The translations under genes and the position numbers were made by a program. From the human T2T-CHM13v2.0 reference genome, Homo sapiens, in assembly GCF_009914755.1 (NCBI RefSeq), contig NC_060936.1: a DNA stretch of 64,000 bases; one strand, given 5' to 3'. The notes below the pieces were generated by a model. That model did not search any database. It was not told the origin of the DNA and saw nothing but the letters and a program-made list of their open reading frames with translations. The stretch's first letter is position 1. Every line of letters starts with the position of its first letter. This document shows, one piece after another, positions 1 through 17,904 of the stretch.

Positions 1-228
1 CGATGAGAACACATGGATGCAGGGAGGGGAACAACACACACTGGGGCCTGTTGAGGCTAGAGGGAGGGAGAACATCAGGAAGAAAAGCTAATGGATGCTG
101 GACTTAACACCTAGGTGATGGGTTGATCTGCGCAGCAAACCACCACGGCACACGTTTACCTATGTAACAAACTTCTGCATCCTGCACATGTACTCTGGAA
201 CTTAAAATAAAAGTTGACAAAAAAAAAA
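1..228 (+). mobile_element. LINE-1 3' end (older L1PA type) with poly(A)
   Basis: ctaggtgatgggttgatctgcgcagcaaaccaccacggcacacgtttacctatgtaacaaac...ttaaaataaaagttg followed by an A tail; typical L1PA 3' UTR. Confidence 0.9.
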
Positions 229-552
229 TTCGCGCTTGGAAAGGGCCACCCCATCCCTTAAGCAGAAATTAAAGATGGGTTACCCAGTGTCAATGTCAGG
301 GTAGCTGACGTGTTCTGGTGGAATCAAAGGGCAAGAAAAGAGAGCCAAATCTCAGGGATAGCTTGACTGCCGTGCCAACACCAGTGTAATAACAAAGACA
401 CACAAAGATAAGGTCATGTCTACAAATTTGTACTCTTTCAGGAATAAAACAAAGAAAACTGATATTTATAAATATATTTATTCTGCGTAAATTTTACTCC
501 CATGAACTAATAGAAATTTGGAAGTTAGCAGCAACAAATCATTTCTACTTTA

Positions 553-863
<311 letters not shown>

Positions 864-1439
864 TAGCAGGAAAAAAGAATTATTAAAGATGGACATTTCT
901 CAAGGGATGTGTCAGTCCATGAATTAATCTTTTCTATAGCATACAGCATTACCCCAGGAAATGTTAAATTGCATGGGAGAAGATATTTAAATAATTTTAC
1001 ATTTTCAAATATTTTTCAATTCCATACTTTCCCAGATATAGTAGAATTTGTTCTTTAGAACAGCATTTGTATTTGGTATAAAAGCAGGATTGTTATTTTT
1101 TTTTAAAGGGTAGGAGGATCACATGATTTTTGGAAAAAGTTGTACTAGTTTTCTTACTACGAGACTTCTCAGAAACTTTAATATTCTAATGTACATGGTA
1201 ACTCTAAGAGAGGAGTATTGGATGAGGCATTTGCCAAACATGTTTGCCCACTGAGCTTTCTTTTCCCACAGCAACCTGCTAGTCTACTATCTGTGTAACA
1301 TACTATGGGAAACGCTTCCTTAGCATAACGTCTTATTTTTCATAAATCTACATGGAATAAAATAATGTATAGCTTTTCTGATAATGGTTTTAAAACTACT
1401 TAAAGTACAGTTATAAAAAATACAAGAAAATGCACCTAT

Positions 1440-1578
1440 ATTTATTCATTCATTTATTCTACAAATACCTATTAAGTACTTACTATGTGCCAGGCACTTT
1501 TATAAATATCATCATCATAGCAGTGAACAAAACAGGCAAAGTCCCTATTCTCAGGGAGGTTACTTTCTAGTGGGAAAT
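1440..1578 (-). mobile_element. L2 3' end fragment
   Basis: ttcattcatttattctacaaatacctattaagtacttactatgtgccaggcact...gtgaacaaaacaggcaaagtccct is the reverse complement of the L2 terminus. Confidence 0.75.
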
Positions 1579-1639
1579 AAATAATAAATACACATATGCA
1601 CGTATATATGTATACATATATGTGCATGTTTGAATTTTC

Positions 1640-3130
<1,491 letters not shown>

Positions 3131-3419
3131 CTATATTATATTATTTTCATATTTCATATTAAGTATATAAATATTTCATATGTCTAAAACTACATGTTTC
3201 AGTCAACAATGCAAATGGAAAATGGAGTTCACTTCAATCTCTTCCTACAATACTGATGTGCTTAAAGCTCTTACATAAACCTTTAAAACATTTGAATTTT
3301 CAGACCGGATTCTATCCTGTATGACACAACAATCATAAACATAACTACCCCGCTTATAAACAGAATTAACCTGCAAAGTAATTGTAGGTCCACTGAGCAA
3401 CCTATTAGGAAGAGGCTGA

Positions 3420-3640
3420 CTATATAGTGAAAATTGCCAAGGATTTAGAATCCTGGAATGCTGAGTTGGATATTAGTCCCATATTCTCTGAGGGTGTGAT
3501 CCTAGGCAAATAATTTGACCTGTGTGAGCCTATTTCCTGGTCTGTAAAATGGGGGTAATGATAGTATCATCCTCACCGAATTATCATGAGGATTAAATGA
3601 GGATATATGGGAAAGTGCTTTGTGAATTGTAAAGTCATTT
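3420..3640 (+). mobile_element. MIR SINE
   Basis: MIR core gtgatcctaggcaaataatttgacctgtgtgagcctatttcctggtctgtaaaatggggg...gaggattaaatgag. Confidence 0.8.
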
Positions 3641-6103
3641 TGCCAAAAATAGTAATTCATTTCTGTACCAGTTGAATGCAAAAGATGCTTACCACATGAA
3701 GTTTGCCTTAAGGGAATATTTGCACTGGTGGAGGAGGCAAGATTAATACTGGAAACGATAGCAAGACAAAAAAAAAACCCCACACACAAAGAAGTGCATG
3801 TTGAATTATGCAGTTGAGACTATCAGGACTGTAGGAGGCAATCGGTGAGGTTCAGGGACTGGGATGATAAATGACTTACACTGGGCCTTGAGGCATGTTG
3901 TTTAGATCAGTAGAGGGTGTTTAGAGGGGGTTCTAGGTAAGGGAAAGAGAAACATTCTACTTGCAAAATAGTAATGATGATCTTAATTTATCTAACCTGG
4001 TTAGTATCTTTTTACTGACTTTTTAGTCATGGTTCTTGTTAAGTGTGGAAGGCTTTCTTGGTACTATAGGTTAACCTGACTGTAAACTTACTTTAAAAAC
4101 GGGGGGAGGGATGTCTGGGAAACAGTGAGAAGTGATACTCATAGAGTGACAGCAATGTTTCACTAGTTAGCATTCAAGTGCACAGTTCTGGCCCTTAGCA
4201 GCTATTGTATTAGGTTCACAGCATTTTGTCATAGATCCTTGTCCACAGCTATTTGATCACCATGAAGTATCACTGTGGGAAATCTCATCCTTGCTTTCTA
4301 AACACCCCCAGAATCTAAATTTATTGCTTCTTAATCTAATCCACACTTGAACCAACAAAAGTGTTATGATATTCTTGAGCAAGCATGTCTTCCTAGACCT
4401 TGAGACAGGTATCTTGAATTAAATTTCATCTACTTGGTTTACTGTCTAGTCTTTTAACAATTTTCTTTCATTCTTTGTTTCAATCTATAAAAAAATGTCA
4501 GATTGAAATAGTGACTTCTGCCTGATTTTGTAGACAAGTTGTGGTCCCCAACGGACCCTACTCAGGAGTGATATGTACCAAGAATTTTGAGACTTCCACA
4601 ACATCAAAAATGTTATGCTGAGATTTTCGTTTGTAGTGAAGTGCCCTGTCATCAAACCCTGGCATTAAGCAGTGATGTGATATTTGTTTCTACATAAGCA
4701 GTCATTACTTTTTTGAGGAGATGGCAATATTGAAATTTAAGATAACTGATGTTCAATTACAGTCAATCCTATTGATAGGTTGAGAAACAAAAGGGCCTCA
4801 CATTTATACCATTGCCTTCTTTTTGTTATGGGAGGGGAGGTGAGAGGAGCTAGTATGCGTGAGGAATTGTTTTTTATGGAGACAAGCCTAGTATTTCAGG
4901 GAAATAAGAAAGTAATAACAGATGTAAAGTCAAGGTGAGAAACGGCACACACTTCTCCCTACTTCCTGCTTCCCACTTCAAGTTACATTCCATCTGGAAC
5001 ATTTTAGACCATTCCCCAACATTTTAGTTACTGGAAATAAACCTGAAATTTTTGGTCTGCTTGCCCTCTGGTTGGGACACTAAGAATTAGACCTTTCTTA
5101 GTAAGTTCCTGTGATTTACTTATATAGTAAAAATTAATCATAATTCAAGCACCTCATCGTACATTATAGGTCAAAATATATCACCCAAGCCAATTTTATA
5201 CTTAATAAATGTTGCTGTCTATCCCACCTCACTTCTACCACCCACCTGGCTTACTTCCCTTCCTTCTGCTTTATCCAGTCCTTCAAAACTGAGCCCAGCC
5301 TGACCCTACTTTCCAGATCAACCCTAGATTTCTTAAACAGCCTCAGGTTCTCTTTCATTGGAATTCATCCTTTCTTCCCACTCAAGGGGCCCAAATGATA
5401 GGCTCTGTCCCACGACATTACCCTTGAAATCCCACTTGCTGTCAGCCATATCTGAGACTTGAGACTAAGGCCCTTGGTTGGTCATATCATCCCCCTGCAC
5501 AACTCATTCCATACCTAGTCCCTGTATCCCTATTCAGGCCATAGCACTGGGATACTACCTTCGATTCTGTTCTGCAGTTTCCAGCCTGGGGTCCTGCTTC
5601 CTTCCTCAGATCTCCTTGAGATCTAAAGCATTTTCTTAAACTCCAATGTGATGCCAGTACGACTGCACTGTACTTTATTATTGAGGCCCCCCTAAACAGT
5701 CCCGTACTTGGGTCTCAAACTAGCTATGGAGGCTTGAATCAGTAGAGCAGTTTCCCTGCTCTCCTACATGGCTTCCCAAGACTCCTGGTTACTGTGCTCC
5801 CCCAGCCTTGAGAACGCCATCTCTTCCTAACTCCATTCTCTTTCAACCTACCTCACACACCTTCTGGGCTAACAGCCTCCTCCAGGATTGTGATTGAGCC
5901 TGGTGTGCCCCTCAGTCACCAGTTTCTACAAATGGCCATCCTCCCTAAAGAGTGAATATAGTGCTAACCTCTGACTCCATCCCCTTTTCCTCTACCCTGC
6001 ATCACGACCTGTGTATCAGCATGCCTCTTTCAACCTTTACCCAACAGAAATGAATGGCAGCAGCAAATATGCACCAGGCACTGCCCTAGAAAATGGAGAC
6101 ATA

Positions 6104-6496
<393 letters not shown>

Positions 6497-6601
6497 TTAT
6501 TGCCCTCATATCTCTCCAGTGGTGCCCATGCACAGACATACAACAAGGAAAACTCTCTCCCTGGGTTACAACCGTTGTGTTATGAGTACAGAATAACAAT
6601 A

Positions 6602-6885
6602 GGAACCAGGCACAGTGGTCATGCCTATATTCTCAGCACTTTGGGAGGCTGAGGTGGGAGGATCACTTGAGCCCAGGAGTTCAAGACCAGCCTGGGCAAC
6701 ATAGTAAGACCTTGTCTCTACAAAAAAATAAAAAAATTAGTTGGGCATGGTGGTGCGCACCTGTGGTTCCCAGCTACTCAGAAGGCTGAGGTGGGAGGAT
6801 CCCTTGAGCCCAGGAATTCGAAGCAGCAGTGAGCTATGATCATGCCACTACACTCCAGCCTGGGGGACAAAGCAAGATCCCATCA
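6602..6885 (+). mobile_element. AluJ-type SINE
   Basis: Dimer with J diagnostics; tail converted to a CA/TA repeat. Confidence 0.92.
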
Positions 6886-6982
6886 TATACACACACACAC
6901 ACCCACACACACATATACACACACATGCACATATACACATACATATATATACACACATACACATATACATACATATATGTAT
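6885..6982. repeat. Compound (CA)n/(TA)n microsatellite
   Basis: acacacacac...acatatatac alternating purine-pyrimidine tract. Confidence 0.9.
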
Positions 6983-7689
6983 AGTAACAACAAGGTCTTA
7001 ACAGACTAGACTTCTAGTCAAGAGTTACCTTAAGAAATAGTTTAGTTTTTCGATAGTTCTTTTGCCATTAAAACTGGAATGATCACTTGTAGAATTGCCT
7101 ATACATTGCAACATAGAAACAATGGAGAAAGTTTGTGTTCAGAGGCTAGATGAGAATGGTCTTTGTTGCTAGTGCAAGGTCATGGATCTGGATCATTGTT
7201 TCTCAGCAGAGATAGTACCTCCCCCTAGAGGCCTTTTTGGAAATTTGTGGGAGTATTTTTTGTTTTCACAGTTATTGGGGATACTTCTAGCATTCGATGG
7301 AGCAAGAATACCAGATGTCCTATGGTGCGGGGAAGAAGCACTCAGTGAAGAAGTCTCAGACCGCTTGGACAGCTTTTAAATACCCCAGAAAATAGTCATG
7401 TAAGTGAGAAATTTGTTTATAATTATCTCAGCCTGAAACCAAATGCTACTTTATATACAGACACAAAGGTTTTTTTTAGTAGTTTTAATAGACACATAAT
7501 TTTCAGGAAGACAACTGACCAAAAATCACTTCGTTCTGTTGAGAACATTTGTAAGAGTTGGTTGTCATTTTGAAAAATTGGGCCACCAATTTCCACACTG
7601 CTTAAAGTCTTGAATTGCTGGACAACAAAATTGTTTCAGTCTGAATCTAGAGATGTCACGGAAAATCACAATAAACAAGATCTGAGACT

Positions 7690-7910
7690 CAAGACCATCC
7701 TGGATAACACAGTGAACCCCATCTCTACTAAAAATACAAAAAATTAGCCGGGTGTGGTGGCGGGTTCCTGTAGTCCTAGCTACTCGGGAGGCTAAGGCAG
7801 GAGAATGGTGTGAACCCGGCGGCGGAGCTTGCAGTGAGCTGAGATTGCGCCACTGCACTCCAGCCTGGGTGACAGAGCAAGACTCCATCTCAAAAAAAAA
7901 AAAAAAAAAA
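7690..7910 (+). mobile_element. 5'-truncated AluY
   Basis: Starts at caagaccatcctgg; Y diagnostics gagaatggtgtgaacccgg and ggagcttgcagtgagc; TSD atctgagact on both sides. Confidence 0.92.
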
Positions 7911-8371
7911 TCTGAGACTTCCTTTAATGGACTTAGCATGAAATATTATCATATTAGCAAACACATATAAAACACACAAATCAAATCGAGATTTATTAAT
8001 AATGCTGATTATATTTTATAATCAAAATTTTGAGGCAGAATAATAAGAAATATGTGATGTGATTGTGAAAATTACATTTTGATAGTATTTGCCAATTTTG
8101 AGGGTTGCTCGCTATTTTTAATCTTACGGTGTACCACACTACTTTTCTACAACCTCTTGAACTACAATTTCTTTTCCCAAACTACCTTCTATTTCTCATT
8201 GCCTATCAAAAGATATAGTCTCCAAGGACTTTTAAAATAACAGAAAATGAATTATAAGGAATTCTATCTTCTTACCATATAAGAGATAGAAGTTTCTTTG
8301 ATATTTAGTCATTATCCTAATCCATGTCATAACATTGGGAATTGTTTTGACATTACATTTATAAGCAGGGC

Positions 8372-9451
8372 CCAGCAAACTCAAATAATTCAATAGCCAA
8401 AAAAAAAAAAAAAAAGGAAAAAGAGAGAGAGAGAGAAAGAACCCCAAAAACCTGATAAAAAATGGGCAAAAAATCTCAATAGTCATTTCTGAAAAGAAGG
8501 CATACAAATGGCCAACAGGTATATGAAAAAATGCTCGACATCACTATTTATCATGGAAATGCAAATCAAACCTACAGTGAGATCACCTCACTCTAGTTAG
8601 AATGACTATTATCAAAGACAAAAGATAACAAGTGTTGACAAGGATGTGAAGAAAAGGGGATTCTTACACTCTGTTGGTAGGAATGTAAATTAATATAGCC
8701 ATTATAGAAAACAGTGTAGAGGTTCCTCGAAAAACTAAAAATAGAACTACCATATGATCTGGAAATCCCACTACTGGATATATATCCAAAGGAAAGGAAA
8801 TCAATATGTTGAAGAGATATCTGTACTTCCATGTTAACTGCAGCACTATTAACAGTAGCCAAGTTATGGAATCATTCTTAGTGTGCATCAATGGATGAAT
8901 GAATAAAGAAAATGTGGTATATATACACAACGGAATACTATTCAGCCATTAAAAAGAATGAAATCCTCTTTTGTGACAACATGGATGAATCTGGAGGACA
9001 TTGTGTTAAGTGAAAAAAGCCAGACACAGAAAGACAAATACTGCATAATCTCACTCATACGTGGAATCTTAAAAAGTTGATCCCATAGAAATAGAGAATA
9101 GAATAGTAGTTCTTAGAGGTTGGGAAGGGTAGGAATAGAGGGGAGACAGAGAGGTTTATCAATAAGTACAAAGCTACAATTAAATAGGAGGAATAAGTTC
9201 TGGTGTTCTATTGCACAGTAGGGTGACTATAGTTAACAATAATGTATTATGGCGCATTTCAAAGTAGCTAGAAGCGAGGATTCTGAATGTTCTCACCACA
9301 GAGAAATAATGTGTTTGAGATAATGGATTTGCTAATTACCATAATTTTGATTATTACACAATGTATACATGTATTCAAACATCCCATTGTACCCCATAAA
9401 TATGTACAACTATTATGTGTCAATTAAAAATAAGATAAAACTTTAAAAAAA
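8372..9451 (+). mobile_element. L1MA-type 3' end (~1.1 kb)
   Basis: ORF2 C-terminal region plus 3' UTR ...gggtgactatagttaacaataatg...gtaccccataaatatgtacaactattatgtgtcaattaaaaataa. Confidence 0.9.
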
Positions 9452-9517
9452 TAGTTCATTTACAAGAATATTGGACTTCATGTTCTACAATTTGACTCGA
9501 TTTCTTCTTGACATTTT

Positions 9518-9806
9518 CTTTTTTTTTTGAGACAGAGTCTCGCTCTGTTGCCCAGGCTGGAGTGCAGTGGCGCGATCTCAGCTCACTACAACCTCCACCT
9601 CTCGGTTTCAAGTAATTCTCTGCCATAGCCTCCTGAGTAGCTGGGATTACAAGCGCCCACCACCATGCCCAGCTAAGTTTTGTATTTTTAGTACAGACGG
9701 GGTTTCACCATCTTCACCAGGCTGATCTTGAACTCCTGACCTCATGATCCACCCTCCTCGGGCTCCCGAAGTGCTGGAATTATGGGCGTGAGCCACCATG
9801 CCCGGC
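9518..9806 (-). mobile_element. AluS-type SINE
   Basis: Reverse Alu; TSD tgacattttc on both sides. Confidence 0.95.
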
Positions 9807-10131
9807 TGACATTTTCCTATACTTAAAATGAGTTTCCTCTTTATATTATTATATACAAAAATGTATAGCCTGTCATTACTTATCCCAACACTAGTTTTTA
9901 TTCTTATATCAATTTGTACTTTTCCTCTTGAATTTTCCCAGCAACTTTTGCAGAATGGCTGCTGACCTTAACTCCCATTTATTCATTATAAATAAGTGTA
10001 AGCATATAATCACTTTATTATGTCTTTCAGTGTCTTGACGCCCATATATTCATATTGAGGCATGTATGATTCTTGTTATAAATTACTTTTCCTTAGTTGG
10101 CCTTTATATAACAGTTAGGTGGTATATGTAA

Positions 10132-10544
<413 letters not shown>

Positions 10545-10849
10545 TGAAGCATTGGATTTTATAGGGTTGTTTCAACTGCCCTAGATCTAACACACTAACA
10601 ACTTTTACCCTGAAAAGAGTTTCCTGCAAGGCAAGAGTGAAATTCAAAATATTTTACCATTGGTCTAGTGTAAGCACCAGCTAATCAAAATGATCCCAGT
10701 CATAAAAACCAAGCACAGCCCTACCAGTGTCCACGAGCTGAAATATCAGCTCTCTCTAAAGAATCTCAGTCTATGGTGGTGACCTAGTTCCAAAAGAGCA
10801 CTATTATGTTCTGCCTAGGGCAATGGTGCCCAGGTTTTGCTGAAGCTGC

Positions 10850-11040
10850 TTTTCATGTGTTATTCTATTTGATCCTTTTTAAAAAGCACTATGAAGAGAT
10901 ATCCTTATCTCCATTTTTACAGATGAAGATAGTAAGAAATTTTAAAATGTATCTAAAGTTACACAGCTAGCAAGTAGCAGAGCTGGGGTTATAACATAGA
11001 TCTTCTGACCCCTAAAACCAATCCTTTTCCCTCCATATCA
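10850..11040 (-). mobile_element. MIR SINE
   Basis: tatctccatttttacagatgaaga...aaagttacacagctagcaagtagcagagctggg. Confidence 0.75.
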
Positions 11041-11934
11041 TGTTCATTTATTCAATTACTACCAATGAACATAGCAGAAAAGCACAGATGATCATTGGTC
11101 CCGAGCAACACTTATCACCAAGAGAAGAAATAACAAATGGCATAGCAATGAGCTGGATAACCAGCTGCCAACATTTGGACCTTGCCAATGTGGGCCTTCT
11201 TGCAATCTACCAAGCATAAAGAGCCAATTGCTTACAGTTTCACATGTGCATGTGATCTAATTTATCATCCGCTTGAATTACACTAATTAAGAGGAAATAA
11301 ATCATATTATCTTGCAAGGACTGGTTAAATTCATGTTCTCTGAGCTCCTTGTGGACATAAAGTATACATCTCCTGAACTCCTGTGTTCAGCACAGTATCT
11401 ACCGCAAAGGAGGTGTTCAATAAATGTCCACTGTTACACTGACTTGATGACATAGCATTCGGCAGCAAACCAAATAAGGAAAATTATGCAGTTCTCTCAT
11501 TTCCTATCTAGCTCATCTTGAAATCTCATAGACCCATCCTCATAAACTCCTGACCAAGTTGGACAAAGCAGGAGAGTACCCATGCATAAAACACTCCCAA
11601 GAGTTTTATCCTTGGGCTTTGAAGTGCACTCAGCTGAAGAATTATTTGGGAGGTAACTATAAGGATGAACTAGTAGCAAGGTGGCTATGGGATAGAGAGG
11701 CTAAAAGAATAATTATAAATTTAATAAGGAAGAAAAAGAAATAACGCTCTCTATATATGAGATTCCAAGCTCAACAAACTCAGCAACTCTTTGTATGTAG
11801 AGACCATGAATTATTTTACCAACTTATTTAGAAGCTGGTGTGTCTTTGGATAGAAAGAAAAACTACATTCATAACACTGGATATTTGCTAACTAGTGGTG
11901 ATAGGGAAGTTAAATTTGACAAGAAGAAAAGACG

Positions 11935-12048
11935 GTAAGTTCCGTGAGGGCAAGAGCCACGTCTGCTTCATTTAACACTGTCTCTCTGGTAGCTGGCACA
12001 CTGTCTGGCATAGTGGGTACTAATTAATGTGTGTTGGATGAGTTAATA
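11935..12048 (+). mobile_element. L2 3' end
   Basis: agttccgtgaggggcaagagccacgtctg...ctggcatagtgggtactaattaatgtgtgttggatgag. Confidence 0.7.
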
Positions 12049-13217
12049 AGATCATATGAGATGAAAATCTGATAAGCAGTGAAGGCATAATTTAGGACTT
12101 CAGATAGTTTTCAGTCTTGAAGAGAGAGGGCTTCACAGAGAAATAATTCAGAGAGTGTAGTCATGAGGTAATTGTGTTAGCCTTTCCAAGCCACTGTGCA
12201 CAGAGGCCCATAGATAGCTGGAGGGCTCTTGGGAAATTGATGTTAAAAGTTCCAAACAACGAATGCATGTACAGTTCCCATGAATTACAGGAAAATTGTA
12301 TCTCTACCCCCAAATCCCTGGTGAAGAACCCTCTGATGTGTTCAAGATCTTATTTCTACTCAGAGGGAAGAGACTCCTAGAAGAATGAGCAATCCCTATT
12401 TCACTACTCTCTGGTCAGGATGTGGGCCAGGGGAATTAGGCTGTCCTGTTAGGAGGGCAGAAGAGCCTTACAGAAGATTATAGAGCAAGAGGCTCAATTT
12501 TAGGCATTGAAGATTGCCTCAGATCATTGGAAGGGAGAGGAATGAGGAAAAGAAATGAACCTGAGAGATTATCACATGTAGGAAAATGAGAGACAGAGAT
12601 GTGTAATCCAAGCTTCCTGCTGCCATTGGTGACCTGTGTGAAGCTGAGCAACTTGCCTGGCTCAGGAAATTGGGAGACTTCAGTAGATTGTATCTAAGAT
12701 TTTTTTTAAAGCCTGTGGTTCTAAAAGATACTTACAATCTAATTTCCCCTCTGAAGTAAAATAAGTTCTGTTGAAGATTAGGAAGGGGGAAAATAGCAAT
12801 TAACAAGTGGGAAAGGTGCTGGAATGGGAGTGAGGAGACTTGGGTTTTGGTCTCTCTTCTGCTACTAAGACCAGACAACAAACATACCATCCATTTGGAG
12901 CATCGAATCCTTTTCCCTGAAATTAGTGTATGAGTAGGATGTGCTCTTTTTCCTTCAACAATCTCCACTTCTTTGTTTTGCAATTTGGGAATTGAGTAGA
13001 GTAGAGGGTAGGGAAGGTATTTTCATAAAGGTGTCATACCTAAATATCAGTGTATAAGGGAGAGGGTCTATACTCCAAAAGAGGCTTGGTAATTAGATGT
13101 GTACATCAATGGTCTCATCTTTCTACAATGCTTCTGTCAAGAATCACTTCCTCACTAGTTATATCCTTAATGGTCCCATGGAGTTTCAGATGTTTACAAT
13201 GCAACCATCTCAAAGGA

Positions 13218-13504
13218 ATTTTTTTTAAGGGATGGGGTATCTCTCTGTCACCCAGAGTGGGTGCAGTGGTGCAATCATAACACACTGCAGCCTCAAACTC
13301 CCGCTGGGCTCAAGCAATCCTTCTGCCTCAGCCTCCCAACTATAGGTGTGCACCACCTCACCTGGCTAATTTTTTAAATTTTTTTTGTAGAGATGGGGTT
13401 ATGCTATGTTGCCCAGGCTGGTCTTGGACTCCTGGTCTTAAGCAATCATCCACCTCAACCTCCCAAAGGGCTGGGATAACAGGTGTGAACCACCATGTCC
13501 GGCC
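13218..13504 (-). mobile_element. AluJ-type SINE
   Basis: Reverse Alu with J diagnostics. Confidence 0.92.
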
Positions 13505-13667
13505 TCTAGAGACTTTTGAAAACAGTTTAAAGGACAAACATTTTAACATAGATTGCCACCACTGCTTCATTTAATTTCTTGGGTGGAAGTGGGGAAAAGT
13601 ATCCTAGAAAGACTAACTTGTTTTAAAAGAACAATCAGTTTAAGCAGGAAATTTGTATGTATGTATA

Positions 13668-13945
<278 letters not shown>

Positions 13946-14017
13946 CTCCAAACTGGCAAACTTTAAATATTGAGTAATAAAAATTTTGTCAAGAATATAC
14001 TAATCTTTTAAATATAT

Positions 14018-14443
14018 TGCACTACTCCATTCTCACAGGGCTATAAGGAAATATCTGAGACTGGGTAATTATAAAGAAAAGAGGTTTAATTGGCTTACGG
14101 TTCTGCAGGTTGTATAGGAAGCATAGTGGCATCTGCTTCTGGAGAGGCCTCAGAAGCTTCCAATCATGGTGGAAAGCAAGGGGAGAGCAGGTGTCTCGCA
14201 TGATGGAGGCAGGAGCAAGAGCAAGAGCAAGATCAAGACCGAGGAGGTGCTACACACTTCTAAACAACCAGATCTCACAGAACTCACTCACTAGACAAAG
14301 ACAGTACCAAGGTGGGTGGTGCTAAACCATTCATGAGGGATCTCCCTTATGATCACATCATCTCCCACCATGTCCCACCTCCAACACTGGGAGTTACATT
14401 TCATTATGAGATTTGGGTGGGGACACACATCCAAACTATATCA
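14018..14443 (-). mobile_element. MST-family (MaLR) solo LTR
   Basis: tg...ctgagactgggtaattataaagaaaagaggtttaattggc...gagatttgggtggggacacacatccaaactatatca; 5-bp TSD TATAT on both sides. Confidence 0.92.
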
Positions 14444-14677
14444 TATATCCTCTTTGATTTATATGATACAAGCTACAAATTGCCAGCCAAAAAATAGTTG
14501 AGCCAAAGTATCCTTCCCAATATGACTGATTTAAAAGGAACAGAGTGCCTCAATTTAATGTGCTGCATTATGACATAACTTCTTATGAAGTCCAGATTTC
14601 TCACACTTGCATATCTCTAAGAAAAAAAGAAAACTTAATTTTATGAGTGATACCAAGCCAGTTAAAAGAAAGCTAAT

Positions 14678-15489
<812 letters not shown>

Positions 15490-17904
15490 GTGATAAACAC
15501 ATGACTTAAATAGCAGGCTGGTGGCTTGAAGTTCTAGTTTTAAACTGGGAATAAGATAGAGGTAATTACACTAATAATTGCCAACTTTCTAAAATCTGAA
15601 TGCCTGAGAAATACAGATAAGTAAAGCAAAAAGCAGTTATGACTACCTTTTTGATAACCTTAAGTCATCACATATCCACTTCCTTATCTTGAAAATAGAA
15701 AAACAGACACCAGGTATCTCTTCTATTATTCCTAATGTCAAAATAGAAATATTTGCAACAGGCTTGCCGTCGCCAGTTGTAATCACTAATATAATTGAGG
15801 ATGCAACCATTTCTTCCTCTTTTTTGTTCTCCAAGATCAGAAATCTCTATAAGATTACTATTTGGGCTTTCACAATCCACTATTTATATCGTTCTCAGTA
15901 GTAGAGGGGGAGGATGAAAGGACAGGCAGGTCCAATTTCCCTTCCTCTTTAACTTGAATATATGATAGTTTTACTTATTTGTCACTCACTCCCATTTTAA
16001 AACATTTTTATTAAATGTGGGTGATAGACTGTACTTAAAACTTTGCTTTTCATTTCAGCCTCTGCTATGTAAATCAAATTAATGATGGACCCAGTTAGCT
16101 GAATAGTTAGAAGAAAACAGATTTTGTGGAACATTCAAAAATTTCTTGCTTTTTGCAAACAGTGCAGAAGAATGATTAACAATAAACACTGTTGCATACT
16201 CCATAAACTCAGTATGTACTTGATTTGGTAAGTTGGCCCTACCAACTATTCTTGATTCATGCTCATGAATGCTGAGAGATTTAACTTTCCTCAGTCTGGT
16301 TTATAACTCCTCAGGGAAAAAACTTAGACAGTTATTGCTATATGTTGAAAACTACAATTGGAGCCTTCATTATCTGCCGCCCACCCCCAACCACAACTTA
16401 ATAATATGTAAAAGAGATGGATCTTTGAGCAAAAGATTTCTAAGAACTTTCTAAACTGTAAGTTTTATGATTATCTGTTTTCATGTTTGTTGACAAAAAC
16501 AAAACAAAACAAGAGAAGAGAAACAATGATGAACACACATTTTTTCTTTGTGTGTGAACCACTTGCCTTTGTTTTGGCTTGGAATGGTCACTCTTGATGA
16601 CAGATCCAGCCTCATATGTCACATTCTTGCCACTGTCTCTACACTTTCCATTGAGATTGTCATTGACAGAGTGACATACCTGGGAACCGCACCAGTTCCC
16701 AGAACCATAATTCTAAATTCTGCCAGACCATCCTGCAGTCTCTAAATTCCAATGGACGTTTTGTAAGGTGAGAAACCCTCTCTCCTTGAGATTTGTTTAC
16801 TTTGCAGTTAGTGATGGTAAGGGAGTCCTTTGCAAACCATTTGCTTGGAATTTAAATGTATAGTATTGCTGACAGAGTGCTGAAAATTCATCACATGGTG
16901 TACTTAGCATTTTCTTTCTCTAAGGGTATGGAATGGGGGTGTCCCTTCCCTGCTGTCCCTCCCAGTTATTCTGGCTATGAGCAGAGTATCCCTATGATGA
17001 CTCAGCCCAAGCCCTGCCATCCTCTGCTGCCATCCAGAAACTGGCTTACAAGGGCTCCCTCACCACGGGTTTGTTTGGAGGGCTCACTTCCAAAACAAAG
17101 ATTAAAATGCCTTTTCTCTTTAATAGTCTCACTGAACACTATTGCTTGTTAATGTTCAGACACTAATAGCACTGGAAAGAGTCGTTCCTTGTGTCAACTC
17201 ATCAAGTAGTCTAAACAAGCCTGTTGGAGGCTGGCCAGTTCTGGCCAGTCATTGACCACAGACATGATCTAGAAGGCTATTACAACTTGTGGAAGTGAGA
17301 GGTAGCTCTGCTTCCTGTCTAGCCCACTTCCCAGGGATTCTCCCCAGAACCACTGGACTTTGAGGCCAGTGGGGGTTGATACTCAGCTATAGACTTCAGA
17401 TATACCTTATTTTTTAGCACGAAAATTGAGATGTGTGTAAAAGCTTCAGAAAGGCCAGAAAGAAGAGGATTATCTGAAGTGATGCTTGGCAGCTGGAAGT
17501 TTATAATTTAGTTCTGTGGTTAGAGAGTACTGATAGTTTTTGTCTTACTTGTGTTTTTGATGAATGGGTGGATTTGTGAGAGTTCTCTTTTTTGGATGAT
17601 TGTGGTGCTTGTTCAGGGATATATCTCTGGTCTTCTTTGGATTTGCCATGTTTATCCCAGCCATATACTTCCTCTACAAAAAGAGCTTTATGATTATTTC
17701 ACATCAATAAGATGTGTGAAGATAGGTGAAGAAAAATCTTCAAATATGCCCTTCTTGCAGTAGCAAAGAACAAATGAAAAGAAAGTAAAAGATTATATTG
17801 GGAAATGTTTGCCATGTTGTGTTTGCTTTCTAACCCTGGAGTATTCCTCAGGGCAGGGGAAAATGTGGTTATACATGTTACATTGCATCTGAGATCTAAT
17901 TCTT

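Noticed and set aside
1590-1628. Quasi-palindrome atgcacgtatatatgtatacatatatgtgcat
   Set aside because: Self-complementarity follows trivially from low-complexity alternating purine-pyrimidine sequence
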